Shown here piece after piece: positions 12,701-25,800 of a stretch of DNA of 64,000 nt (position 1 is the first letter of the stretch; every line of letters begins with the position of its first letter). Source of the stretch: Lingula anatina (lineage: Eukaryota; Animalia; Brachiopoda). Below the pieces are notes generated by a model. That model saw only the letters and a list, made by a program, of their open reading frames with translations. It had not been told where the DNA came from and did no database searches. Where the stretch lies: positions 5,030,954 to 5,094,953 of the forward strand of contig CM120644.1 of NCBI GenBank assembly GCA_051362555.1. Direction: 5' to 3'. Both the position numbers and the translations under genes were made by a program.

Positions 12701-14440
12701 TTTCATGTACAGGTAGCTTCAATGACAAAATGCATGTAGGTTTTTGTGATTTAAGTTAAATGTTGATTACAATTTGTGTGTTTAAACAGACCAATTGAGC
12801 TTTCATTCGTTTATTTTTTGCAACTTTTTTTTTCAATGAAAAGCACTGCTGATGATGTCTTCAAACCTAAGTCACCAGCGTTTACCAGTATAGTAGTAGA
12901 TGGCTCGAAGAGTGATAGGTGATTTTTTGAAAGTGAAGCACAAACTGTGTAATTTGTCTTTGAAAGCTGTGATTTCCTTTCTCTACCAGTAGCATAATAT
13001 CCACGACACTTCGACTCGGTGAAAGTAGGGATTCAATGCCTTGGCCTACAGCTTGCAGTCAAGGGGTTTTGGCAGCTGCTCTGGTTTAAGTCGGGAGTTG
13101 TTGTGCAAGGCAAGGTGTTCAAGTCGTTCTCAGAATACAGGGGTATGATTTTTAACCCGACGTTTCCCCTGAATGTTCCACCTTCCTCTTTATACGAAGT
13201 CGTTGAACAGGTAGTTGACTGAATTTTGTGCTATATGTTGAAAAACGTGAAGTGCCGTGGGGTAGGCAGAGTTTTTCCCTCTCCCTGAAGTCTTTGCTGC
13301 TCCACCCCTGTATCTGGCGGGTTTAGGCATGTCATCGTCAAGGCTTTTGACGCGAGTAGAAGCACGTGGGGCGATCGATTTGACTTAGCTTTTAGTGCTG
13401 TTGACGTCATGACCCACGTGACTGTTGACCTAGTTATAGTCAACCAATCGGATACTGTTGATTGATGTCGGGCAAACCTTCAAAACCTACCCTCGGGAAT
13501 TAATTGCTTCCACGTGCTACAGTAGACGTAGAGGAAGTCGGTTTTATGTGCCTACGAAAATGGCGAATATATATTACAGGTACACACCCCATTTATTATT
13601 ATTAATTTTTTTTTTTTTTTTTGGGGGGGGGAGGCGCAGAGCATAATTGCTTGATTAAGAGGAGGTATGAGATATTAGGAGAAATCATTAGGTGTTGACA
13701 AATTGGTCGTTTCATTCCCCAATCCCCACAGACTGAATGCATGGTCAAGTTAATAAAATGACTTGGACAGTTATATATCTGAATTGTTTTGAAAAATCTG
13801 TACAATGAATGAAATGTTGTCGATTTGACATAACTGCCATGGCGTCCCGACTGTAAGATGGATAAGGTGTTGATTTACTCAAGTGCTCGACATCCTCCTT
13901 AGTGCCTCTTCCATTCCTTCATTTGCCATACATACACGTTATTTCAAATGCACCAAACTGAACAGCAGTTAATTTGTGATTTGACTTTATATGTATTGAT
14001 TCAGTGTCAAAATCATTGGTTGTTAATATTAGCGAAGTGAGAACATGCAATGCGATTGAATTAAATGCGACTCGGCGAGTATGATGTCCATGTATTGGTG
14101 TTCATTGAATTGAATTCAAACAATGGCCTTATTACGTCATATACCTTGAGGATATCAACTGACTTGGTAGGGCCAACGTTATTCCCACACCCCTGCCTAA
14201 GCCTGAAACGCGTTCAATGAGTTATAAAAAAGTGGACTCCCGTGTCACTGAATAAAAGTTTTATGGTCGTGTGGAGTCCCGATGTGAGACCCTAAAGGGT
14301 GGCGCTATACACTAGGTGGGTGTGGAATTGGGAGTTGTGAATTGCTAACATGCTATAGCTATACATATTGTACAAAATGACGACTTCTATTACAACAAGT
14401 ATGATGAAAAAAATAAAAGTTGTGGTAAACAACTTATTCC
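9730..14440 (+). other. Probable long 3' UTR of AMPK gamma
   Basis: No coding signal. AATAAA at ~14251 and ~14412, the latter followed by GT-rich ttgtgttgtctt. Earlier AATAAA sites (~10329, ~11358, ~13752) could also be used. Confidence 0.4.
11786..11872. mobile_element. Miniature Harbinger-type MITE
   Basis: TIRs GGCTCAGTTTCATC ... GATGAAACTGGGCC, flanked ATG/CTG; TIR resembles that of the 33539-34488 element. Confidence 0.6.
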
Positions 14441-15160
14441 AATTGTGTTGTCTTCATTTAATGAAAAAGTTGGTACAGCGTACTTTTAAAAAAATGCGTC
14501 ATCTAGTCCTGTGTGTGTGACGTCTTCAATGAACAAAAGGCGACCGAGCGACGATAACTTCCTAGAAATTACAACTGAATGATAACCGTGTGCAGTTATT
14601 TAGATTACTTGAATAGTTTGTTAATGTTTGAACTTTGATTTTATGCCAGAAAATCACCTGGGCCCAGTTTTCTAATTGTCAGGTTTTTGTGGCCCAGCAC
14701 GTTTTTAATGAAAAACAAAACTGCATCTGTATGTTAATCTGATGACGGCGACTTGAAGATTTCAAACCTCATCTTTTCACACACAGAGAGTACTTATACC
14801 CTATTTCTTCGCACCGATAACGCGTTTATTATTTTCTTTACGTCATCTTTTGCATTATCTCATGAATCTTCACTTCTAATTTTAGTACGTCTTTCCAGAC
14901 CTTTCAACTCTTCAATATTCCCTTATCAGGCAATCTCAGTGAACCTTATTTGTGTTCCGTACAATTGTATATTTCAAATATTATGCCAATACATACTTGG
15001 GGAAGTTCCCTAAGTCGACTGTCATACACGCCTCAGAAAATAACTTTTTGGTTGTGAAATTAACTTCGACATTACGTTACCATTACTATCTTTTTACCAT
15101 CCTTGCCACATCCGTACACAATTTTCACACTTGGTGACTTAAAAAAAAGCAAACTTGCGA

Positions 15161-15229
<69 letters not shown>

Positions 15230-16147
15230 TTTTCCTCCTTAGATTGTACTATTAATTTGCAACTAATAATGGCGTAACCAGTTACCTCTACAACAACCAC
15301 CCTTTCTTCAATTGCAAGTAAATGCGATCTCGAAATTAAACTTGACAACGCAGTACAGTATGTAGAAATTGAAGGTACACTTCATGGGTTTAACCCCCCA
15401 CAATCTACCCATCCCTAAATGCTTACTTATGCCATTCACGGCCATTTTAGTGGGTAAACCCCATGGAGTTGCCGTTTAATTATAACCCGCCTGTTTTTCT
15501 CAGTATTATCTCAAAGGGTTGTATAGGACATAAAGGAAGCCAAAAATACCTGTTCAAATAACACCTTTGGGGAAATATGAAATGTCATCCTTTGGTATTT
15601 CTTTATGTTATTTGAGTCTATATGGGCGGGTTTAGTGGCAAAATTTTGACATTTTAACTCGCTTTAAAATGCACCTTTAAAAACAACATATAATCTGATG
15701 AACTCACGAAGCGTCGCGTGCAATGTTTTTTGTGTGCAAGAATGCTTCATTAGAAGTAAACTGCTGCCGAAAGCAGTGATGTGTACAGTAACAAGGTTCA
15801 GTGGTTCTCCTACTGTTACAACATGTACATTAGTGAATCCTGACGCAACATCACGCTGTTCGCTTATTGTAGAAAGTTTCGCTTTGCGAAAAGTTAATTT
15901 TGTATTTTACTTTAACTGTACCCTCTCACGTAAAACTACACTTTGAACATGTGCACCATGTGCACTAATGTCACTTGATCAAAGATTTTAGCGGCAGAAC
16001 AAAAATGCCTTAATTTCCTCTTTAACATTGCTCTCCTATCTAACTGGTTCAAAGCCTGTGACAAATGCTTTTTTTGTTTTTTTTTTTCTTCAAGTTTTAA
16101 CTTAACACTTGAAAAAGAAAACACGTTAAACGCAGTATTTGGTGTGT

Positions 16148-19100
16148 TTATAAAGCAAGCACCATTGCTATCATCACAATACACATCACAAGTTCCTCGG
16201 TAACAAAACGCACGTGTCCTCGACTTTTGGTCGTATTGGTTTTAAATGTGGGAGGAACTTTAAACGGCTGCGTGGTGCTGCGAGGTACGGTGCTCCAAAT
16301 ACAGGCAGGGAACGATCCTTGGCGTATACGAAGAGGTCGTCCAGGCATCCCCAGTTGCTTGTGTTTCATAGTTCTTTCTATCCACGCCTGAGTACAAGTT
16401 GCCACCTGCCGACCTTTCTCGTAGTCTGACACTCTCACAACGAGGCTAACTCTGACGACTATGACCAGGGATGACGAGTTCAACGCATGCGCATCGTGCT
16501 TCAGGCTGCAGTGTCGATAAACTGCCCTTGTTGGACGAAGTATGTCTATCAGTTTCTTATCATTTATCATGTTGCGGCACCTTCTCCCTGGTGTTACTGG
16601 CCAGCCAAGAGGTTCAAAATATAGGTCAAACGAGTGTTCTACAGCCGAGATACTGAGTAGAGGGCGGCATTCCTGTGCATCAGGAACAAACAGAGGAGGG
16701 CATATTGTCTGCTGTGATGTAGGCTGAAAAATAATATGAAGACATTTGTATGACCACATTGTATAGAGAAATTATTTGAAGTTTTGGCACTGTAGCAAAT
16801 TATCAGAAGAAAATTATGTATGTACGGCCAAATTATCTCACGTTGTAATTGATAATGAATTAGAGATTTGCACGTATCAGTAACGCAGATAAAACTGAAT
16901 AAATATACATAATGTCCTTCGTAATTCTTTTCACAAATCAGACAACATGAAAGTAAACCACCTGTAACTTGAAATTTATTTTTAACTTTCCATTCCAATG
17001 CCATAATTTTGGTCAATACTCCTTTAAACTATTGCCTGTAATTCATTTGGAGTTGCTCGTTCGTTTTTCTCACCAGAGTTATGACGTCATCGTTCTGGTT
17101 CCGGTCTTGATCTCCAACGTACAGCAGAGCCCGAAGAGACAGACCGTCGGTCGTTCGCCCCTCAGATGGTGGGTCATACTTATCTGAATATTTCATAAAA
17201 AGGCATAAAATGAAAGTTACACCTTAATACAAACAGATCTTTTCACAAATTCTAATTGTTCCCCTTAATTACACCAGTATATTCCAACTAAAACTTTCGA
17301 TCTACGAATCTATATTTTAGTTCTTCGTTCCGCTTTCGTCGTTATTTTCACCCGATTCCTCCCCCGACTGACTCAAAATTGGAAGAATTGGACTCAAAAA
17401 CGGGTCTATAGACCATAATTCATCTGAAACTTTATTTTTGAGCTTCAATTCATATACATCAGGGGCGGATCTAGAGATACTTTCTGACGGTCTTCCAAAT
17501 TATTTTTTTTGATCCATCCTCCTTTTTTGGAGAGGGTAAAAAATTAGCTACCTTCCATTGTAAACTTGAAAATCTGACCGTCTTCCGGAAGACCCAAAGA
17601 CGGCCTCAATCCACCCCTGGGCATACATGCATGTATTCTGCATATTATGTTTGCCAAGGTTTTTAACTTCTCTTACCTTCACAAAATTCCATCCCGTAGT
17701 AACAGACCATGCAGTGGTAGTTCTTCTCAGTAACTGGTGCGTATAAAGGACTGTCTATGACGACAGGGTTGTCGTAGGCCAGGCATGCATCTCGTAAAGG
17801 GGAGTGCAGTGGTAAGGGTCTAGGTATTGGGTGCACGCTCCCATTGATGAATCTAAACTTACATGGATCAAAGGCATTATTATTAACTATTCTGAAGCAA
17901 TTCCTCAAATTCCACTCCGGTCTTGGCTCAAAAATGCCATTGCAAAGTATGTCTTCTTCCAGTTTCTTTAAGATGCAAAGCGAGGTGTTGCAGTTCACGA
18001 AGTTATGACGTAGTTCTCCGTCACAATAGACAACAAGTTCCCAAGGTTCACCGCCGTTCTTGACGCCATAACAAGCCGCACAATACTTGTTTCTAAAGGT
18101 GATCATTGTGTCTGGGTCGATGACTGGCTGGTGCAAGAGCACATCTTCTGAGAGGCTGGTATTTGAAACATCGGAGCATTTGTTAGCGATTTTTTCTTCT
18201 AGCCACGACGACGGACATTGGTCTACCATCCAATATTTCAAGCCATTATCGTCTTTTATTAGTGACACCTGTGGTAGAACCTTTTGCAGTGTTGGACTAT
18301 ATCTGCAGGAGCTTTTATGTGCCAGAGAAATCGCCACGGGGTCGTCTTGTTTTGTGTGTCCTTCCCTAGAGGAAGCTTTGTTTGGGGTTGCAACTGAAGC
18401 GGTGCTATTACTTTGATTTTCTGTTTTAGGAAAGGTGGAACTGTTCGACGTTTTTATCCTGGCGGCACACACTGTAGTGTTTTCTGTCATGCCGTAACAG
18501 CAGTCACCATACAGGCCACATAGAGAGTCACAGTTGCAGTGGATCTTTATACTGAGCCTAAGTGTTGCCGACTCTACACAGAGCCATCGACGCGGTATTG
18601 CTGTTTCCACAATATCATTAGGTAACGTTTCCTCACCCAAGGTATCCTCTTGGTAGGGTGCCTCCTGCATAATTTCCTTCTCTATTCCGTCCTCAATATT
18701 GGACAACACATCTTGTGTGGTTCCTGCCTGCATTCCACTTTCAGTATTGGGCGACTCTTGTGTGGTTCTTGACTGCATTCCACTCTCAGTATTAGGCGAG
18801 TCATGTGCGATTCCTGTCTGTATTCCACTCTCAGTATTGGCCAACTCTTGTGTGGTTCCTGCCTGCATTCCACTCTCAGTATTGGGCGACTCTTGTGTGG
18901 TTCCTGCCTGCATCCCACTCTCAGTATTGGGCGACTCTTGTGTGGTTCCTGCCTCCGTCCCACTCTCAGTATTGGGCGATTTTTGCGTGGTTCCTGCCTG
19001 CATTCCAATTTCAGTATTGGGCGACTGTTGGGTGGTTTTCCCCGTCGTTTCTTCTTCAAAATAAAATAACTCTTTCGTCATTCCTTCGGGTGTCACGTTC

Positions 19101-19222
19101 ACTAGATTCGTCGCCTCTTGGGTGAATCTCTCAGATTTGCCCTTTTCGTTGGAAGGAAAAATCATTACATCTGTTGTCTGACCAATCAGCATCGCGCATA
19201 AAGCAAGGTAAATTATCAACAT
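16148..19222 (-). CDS. SMB-like/Cys-rich mucin-stalk surface protein, copy 1 (~743 aa; predicted signal peptide and GPI-type C-terminus)
   Basis: Exons 19222-17677 (ATG MLIIYLALCAMLIG; repeats; HCNCDSLCGLYGDCC; WMVDQCP; HQPVIDPDTMITFRNKYCAACYG; KNYHCMVC), 17183-17074, 16723-16148 (CPPLFVPDAQECR ... ELVMCIVMIAMVLAL*). Phases 1 and 0 are consistent; GT-AG sites are conserved in copy 2. Confidence 0.85.
17460..17619. mobile_element. hAT-like MITE (CAGGGGCGGAT...ATCCACCCCTG)
   Basis: Short TIRs; internal GACCGTCTTCCGGAAGAC. Related copies or fragments at ~51787-51958 (opposite orientation), ~46290-46425 and ~28880-28913. Confidence 0.6.
18715..19035 (-). repeat. Coding 45-bp minisatellite (~7 units, SGMQAGTTQESPNTE)
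   Basis: Plus-strand unit cactctcagtattgggcgactcttgtgtggttcctgcctgcattc; one unit shortened to 42 bp. Confidence 0.95.
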
Positions 19223-21021
19223 ATTTCTTATTATGAACTCTCCGTGCAGCGATAGCACATAGAATTGTCACACACCGAAGTCTGCTGACCTATTACTCCT
19301 CACTCTCTTGTAAATTGGTTCTTTCTGGTTCTTTCACTGTTTTCTTGTAGCTGTTATTGACTTTTCTTAACCACTAACTTACAAAACCATTTCTCGACTA
19401 GCCTGCACGATTTTAAAATTGCCGTTGAGCACTCACATAATGAACAATTTTCGAAAATAAATCTTGTTATATACAACGTGTCCGTTCGGATGACAAAAAT
19501 CAGACTATTTTTACCCTTCTACACTACTTTGTATATGCAGCTTTGCAGTTGACGTCCTCATTTCCCTGGGGAGACTGTAATATTATTCATGCATTAAAAA
19601 CACATATCTTCTGTGGTCGACACGGTTGTAAAGTATTAATTTTCCTCGAATTAATTAGCGCAAACTTTTGAAACTGTCTGAAAAAACGAGACCAAAGTAT
19701 TATAAAATTATTCAGTTGACGTGATATCTTTGTTAGACTATTACTAAAAAAGTGACAATTCAGTGATGCTTAAATTACACAGTTAACTAGTGACAAGACA
19801 CAATTAGTAGTGAAATAAACATGGTTTGGTCTAAAACACTTAAGGTTGTAAAAAGGTGACATTTTGCACTTAAAATGTTAAGGTAGATGAACACGTTAAA
19901 ATGGCATAAATTGGTCAAAATAACTCTTTTCTGGTATTTTTGTTGTCGTGATTTAATAAGTATTAAACCGGTGTTGATAGTTATTAAGGAGAGAGAGATC
20001 TGTTTGAAAGCGAAAACAATTTTCACCGCGAAAACGCTGCTTTTACGAATATGCTCAAATTAGCAAATTCATCCTGTTTTTTGATGTCACAACATTTTGT
20101 GACATGAAAACATTTATTTCTGCAATATCTATGCGAAAAAAGTAAATAGATCCTAACGTATCAAACCACTTTAAGGAGAATTGCAATGTGCATTTATTTT
20201 GTGAACTTATTTGTGTTTTTTGTTTTATTTTTGTTTTTTGTTTATCTTTTATTTATTTATCTGTTTATTTATTTATTTATTTTTGTACAAATTTATTATA
20301 TCTGATATGCCACAAGGGACCATGCTGATCTACAAGCAAGTAGGGCAGTTATTGTACGAAGGTGACATTTTTTATCTGTTGAAGTCCTTCAAAGCGTTTT
20401 TTGACCACACCTCAGTGATCATAATGAAGGTACCTGTAGACGTTGATAAAATCGTCTAAATTGGCGTAGTTCTGCACAAAGTTTTGAGGCACAATCCGGT
20501 TTAATGTTATTTTAATGACAGGTGCTTGGCGGACTTTATAACAAAGGCCTCTTTAAAATTGGTGCCATTTTAAGCTTTGAAAGATTTCAACAGACCATCA
20601 GAATGGCTTGAACGGAGCATATCCTTTGGAAAACGTACCCAAGTGGTGATTTCTTCATCAAAACTCACAAATTGGAAGTTCATTTTTTAAATATCGAGCT
20701 ATATTACGACTTTTTCTACTAGTATTAAAAGAGATTCTTAATTGAAGAAACATAAAATGAAAAATGAAGTTAAAGATATATATTCACGAACTTTACTTTT
20801 TCTAAACCTCTGGTGACAGATATAGATAGTAATTTAATGTAATCATTTTTGTAATGTAATCATGCAAATATTTTCCGATACATGTCTCAAAAGTAGGCAC
20901 AGTTTTCGCATTCAGGTAACCAAGGTTTGAATAACGAAAGTTTTAAAATAACAACGCTTTTATATAATTTTTGCTAACAAACATTCGACTGCGCTAGACA
21001 GGTATTACAAGATCCACGTTC

Positions 21022-21422
21022 ATTACCTCCGCCAAGGAGGTTATGTTTTCACCCCTGTTTGTTTGTTTGTTTGTTTGTTTGTCTGTCGTCAACATAACTA
21101 AAAAAGTTATGGACCGATTTTGATAAAATTTTCAGGAACTGTCAGAAGTGGGACAAGGAAGAGATGTTTATCTTTTGGTGGTGATCCGGATCAATCATCA
21201 ATCAATAATAAAACAACTAAATTATGGACCGATATTGATGAAATTTTCTGGAACTGTCAGAAGTGGGCCAAGGAACAGATGATTAGTTTTTGGTGGTGAT
21301 CCGGATCAATAATCAATCAATAATCAATAATAAAAAATATCGAAAATTTAGGGGTGAAACGGCATTGGATGGAGACTTCGCTGCCTTGGAGGAGGTCTGC
21401 GCTCTCTGAGTGCTTTTCTAGT
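21022..21422 (+). mobile_element. Non-autonomous Helentron/DINE-like (HINE) element
   Basis: Subterminal inverted repeat ACCTCCGCCAAGG (21025) / CCTTGGAGGAGGT (21384), (GTTT)n microsatellite near the 5' end, internal ~118-bp tandem duplication, 3' hairpin GCGCTC-tct-GAGTGC, ends CTAG followed by a T run. Confidence 0.75.
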
Positions 21423-22859
21423 TTTACTGATACATTTTGTTCTCAACTTCTCAACTATTTTTCACAATGCAACGATGGTTTTGCAAATTGCTTTCTAAGA
21501 AAATGAAATTGTGCCGTGTTTCTTGTGAAATTTTCACTTCATCGTTTTGCTAAACATTGCATGTAACGGAATTGAAATTTTTCTCAATGGCTAAAATATT
21601 ACAAAACACCAAACAACTAAAAATAATAATCTGTTGCAAAATATATATATATTTTTTTCAATTTTAAAAGCCGGGCGACAACGTGAAAGTTGCCGCAATC
21701 TATTTATTGCATTATTTATAATAAATATTCATCATATATTTCTGAGGCGTTATATATCATATCCGCCTCACGAAAGTTAATTTTCGTCTGTAGCATAAAT
21801 AATCTAAATCGATTGGAGAATGTGAGATGCTGCTGCTAGTAAAATTACGAAGGTTTAAACCCCCCTTTTTTTGTGCGCGTGTGGACATGTGTTAGAACAT
21901 AGACTAATTTTTTCTTAGTGATTTCAATTGCCATGCCGATGTAGTAAGGTGCCACTTCAGTGTCGAACAATACCTAATTCATCATCATCACCTTGTCTAC
22001 CTGGCAAACGTTAACCTCACCTGAACAGAGAGGTAATTCCCGAATATTCCTGCGTCAATGTAGTCCCTCAGTTAATTAACATTACCGTCAATTGTTTTCC
22101 TGTGCCGCTGTCACCAGTGTTTATATCATTAGATTATTGCAGCACCTCATCCACAGTGCCGCACTGCCAACTTACCAGTAGCCAGTGTGTAGGCCGTCAG
22201 CTATTTTTGCTCCCTTATCTACCTTTCAGCCTTCCAATCAGTCACCTCCCCCCTGCCTGTCAAACACGCGAAGTTTCAGCTTAGGCGAACTGTACACTCC
22301 TCTGAGGAATGCCTCATTACGGCGGCAGGGGGACTTTTTTTTTTTTTTTTTTTTTTTACGTTGAGTTAAGAATTCAGAAAGATTGAATCTCGTTATTAAA
22401 CCAGCTCAGTAAATCTTAGGACAACATAAATATAGCCGATATGGTTAAAACTTAAAATGCATGTGAGCTCGTACATATTTCGTAATAAATAAATAAATAA
22501 TTGCAATAATTTTGTTGTGTGCGAATGTTTCATTAAAAGTGAACTGCAGCGGAAAGCAGTAATGTGTTCAGCAACAAGATTCAGTGGTTCTCGTTCTGTT
22601 ACAACTTGTATTAACATTTACACAATATCATAAGTCATGTCCGTCAAGTAGTTAATTTTTTATTTAAATTGTCTTCTCGGGCAACACAACACTTCAAACT
22701 TTTGCACCAAAATCACAGGTGTCTCTTTATCAAGGTTTGGTAGCGAAAGAGCGTTCTCCAAAACGCCTTAATTTGCTTTTAATATTTGACGCATCAACTT
22801 CTCCAAACGTGCACTCTGCTTACGTGGGGTTTCCAAGTTAATGTCAGTATTTGGCGTGT

Positions 22860-25800
22860 TTAAAAAGCAAACACCATTGCTATCATCACAATACTCATCA
22901 CAAGTTCCTCGGTAACAAAACGCACGTGTCCTCGACTTTTTGTCGTATTGGTCTTAATTGTAGGCACAACTTTAAACGACGGCGCGATGCTATGATGTGT
23001 GGTGCTCGAATTACAGGTAGGAAACGATCCTTGGCGTATACGGAGGGGTCGTCCAGGCATCCCCAGTTGCTCGTGTTTCAGAGTACTTTCTATCCACGCC
23101 TGAGTACAAGTTACCACGTGCCGACCTTCCTCGTAGTCTGCCACTCTCACAACGAGGCTAACTCTGGCGAGTACGACCACGGATGACGAGTTCAACGCAT
23201 GCGCATTGTGCTCTAGCCTGCAGGTTCGATAGACAGCCTGTGATGCAAGGAGCATATCAACCAGTTTCGGTTTATTTAATATCCGGCTACATTCTTCGCC
23301 TGGCGTAACTTGCCAGCCAAGAGGTTCAAAATATAGGTCAAACGTGTGTTCGATAACCGAGATATTGAGTAGAGGGCGGCATTCCTGTGCATCAGGAACA
23401 AACAGAGGAGGGCATATCGTCTGCTCTGATGTAGGCTGAAAGAGTAGATAACGGCATTTGTATTGTGTAGAGAAATTATTCAAAGTTGCGTCTTTGTATT
23501 GAACAGATCAGGAAGAACCACACTGAAAGTGCCACCGATAGTTATAAATGTTCACATATCAGCGAATAATATTAAAGTCATAATAACTCTTCATTTTGGC
23601 CAAAAATTGGATTTTCCTGGAGTAAACGGCAATTTTCCCGTACTTACCAATGGTCAGCGACCCCATTCCTGCATTCAAAGTTAATCCAGGGTTTTTTCCT
23701 AAACGTACGGTTTTTTGTTAAAATCTCTGAAGAGATTTTAACTGACGGAGCTCTCTCTGACATCGCATAGTCACTGTTGACCTACTTAAAACCGCGGGAA
23801 AAGCAGACAACAACAAAACTATATATAAGATTCATGAGATATATTCGTCTTTTTGTTTAAAATACATTAATATCCACAATGTGTGCCATTCTGGGCTTTT
23901 CGTTATCCGACGCACTGTACAAAAACTCGCAACTTACGTCTGCGTCCGCATTAATGCGTTTGGCGCCATGTGTTATTTTGGTCTCGAATGAACGCAAGAA
24001 TCCGCGTGACACCATTACGTCATTAGCAACGAATGCCTTGATGACCGGGAAGAAAAGCATCGAAAGCCCTATTGACAAGCACAGATTTTAGTTTTACTAC
24101 AATAACGGCCGTTTTAGTGGTAAAATACAATAGAATATATTTCCATGCGTTGTTTACAATGTATTTCATGCGGAATTTTGAATCTCAAAGGAAGAGTTAT
24201 TATTGCTTTAACTTCCCTTACTCATGACAACCATATGAAATACTCCTTCACAAGCAACTCTTTTAAAAATACAGACTACATTACCATATATGGTAAAATG
24301 CACACGCTATTTATTATAGTATAAATATATGTGAAATTTATTGAAAAGGTAGTCAAGCTGCAGAAAGCTCAAGTGCTAAAACGGAGGATCAGCAATTCGT
24401 GAGAGCAGTGACTTCAGGGTTGAAGGTCCCCCATAGAAAATTGCAAGCTGCGCTTTAGAGAGAAAATACACGTATATTCTGGGAACTTGACTATCGTAAC
24501 AGATACATAGCTGACAGTATTATACTTTATATTTCACCAAGACTATTAATTCACATTTCTCACCAGAGCCATGACGTCATCGTTCTGGTTCCGGTCTTGA
24601 TCTCCAACGTACAGCAGAGCCCGAAGAGACAGACCGTCGGTCGTTCGCCCCTCAGATGGTGCGTCATACTTATCTGAATGTTACACAAAAGGAATAAGTT
24701 GAATGTTACGCATTTTTATTGTCAAATGTTCCTCAATTTTTATAACTACATGTGTACTTAGAAAATTTTGTTCTATGAATTTTTTTTAAATCTCTGTTTT
24801 TGCCGTAAGTAGTGAATGTCACCTATTTCCATCTCTGTTACGAGAGTGACTCAAAATTAGAGTAGTTGAACTCAAAAGCAGGTCACCAAATCATAATTTC
24901 GTCTACAGATCCAAAATTACAACAGTTGGACTCAAAACGGGTATTTAGATCATTATTTATTTTGAACCGACTAAAAATGAGAATAGTTTGACTAAAAAAC
25001 CGATAATTTGGTCTACGGTTACAGCTGTGGTGAATCTAGATGAAATGAAAAGGTTGAATATTCCAACACAACGCTTCACGTTCAATTTAAATAAAAAATT
25101 GTTCTGGTTATAAAAGGTCGAAAAATTACAAGGAGACACGCCTTAAGAAACCTTATGACAAAGTTGAAAGAGAATACCTCCAGTCTCATTAGAATTCAAG
25201 TCATAAATAGCATTAGTAGCTTTTAAGTGTTGTAAAATCCAAAAAGACTAAAACCAGTCAAATTGTTGTACAAATACTAATAATGCAAATGCCTGGTGCA
25301 ACTTAGCGCCAACCTTGAGATGAAATATTGGTAGGCTCAAAACGAGTATCTTGTATAAATGCAGGTACATAATATTAGACTTTGTGAAACAGACACTAAA
25401 GCACAGGACAAGACATGGCATGAACGGCAATTTGTGTTAAATCCACAATCAAGGTACGTGTACAAATAATAAAAATCTCTTATTTGTATCTTTATTTTTG
25501 GGCTTTTTTCAAATGAATATTCTTTATATGATGTTTGCGAAGATTTTGGACTTCACTTACCTTTACAAAATTTTATCCCGTTGTAGCAGACCATGCAGTG
25601 GTAGTTTTTCTCCGTCGTCACATCATGACCGTAGATGATAGGGTTGCTGTACGTCAGGCACGCATCTCGTAAAGGGGAGTGCAGCGGCAGTGGTGGAGGT
25701 ACATGATGAACGCTCCCATTGATAAATCTAAACCTACAGGGGTCAAATTTATCGTTGTCCACTTCCCTAAAGCAATTTCGTAAAGTCCACGCCGTTTTTG

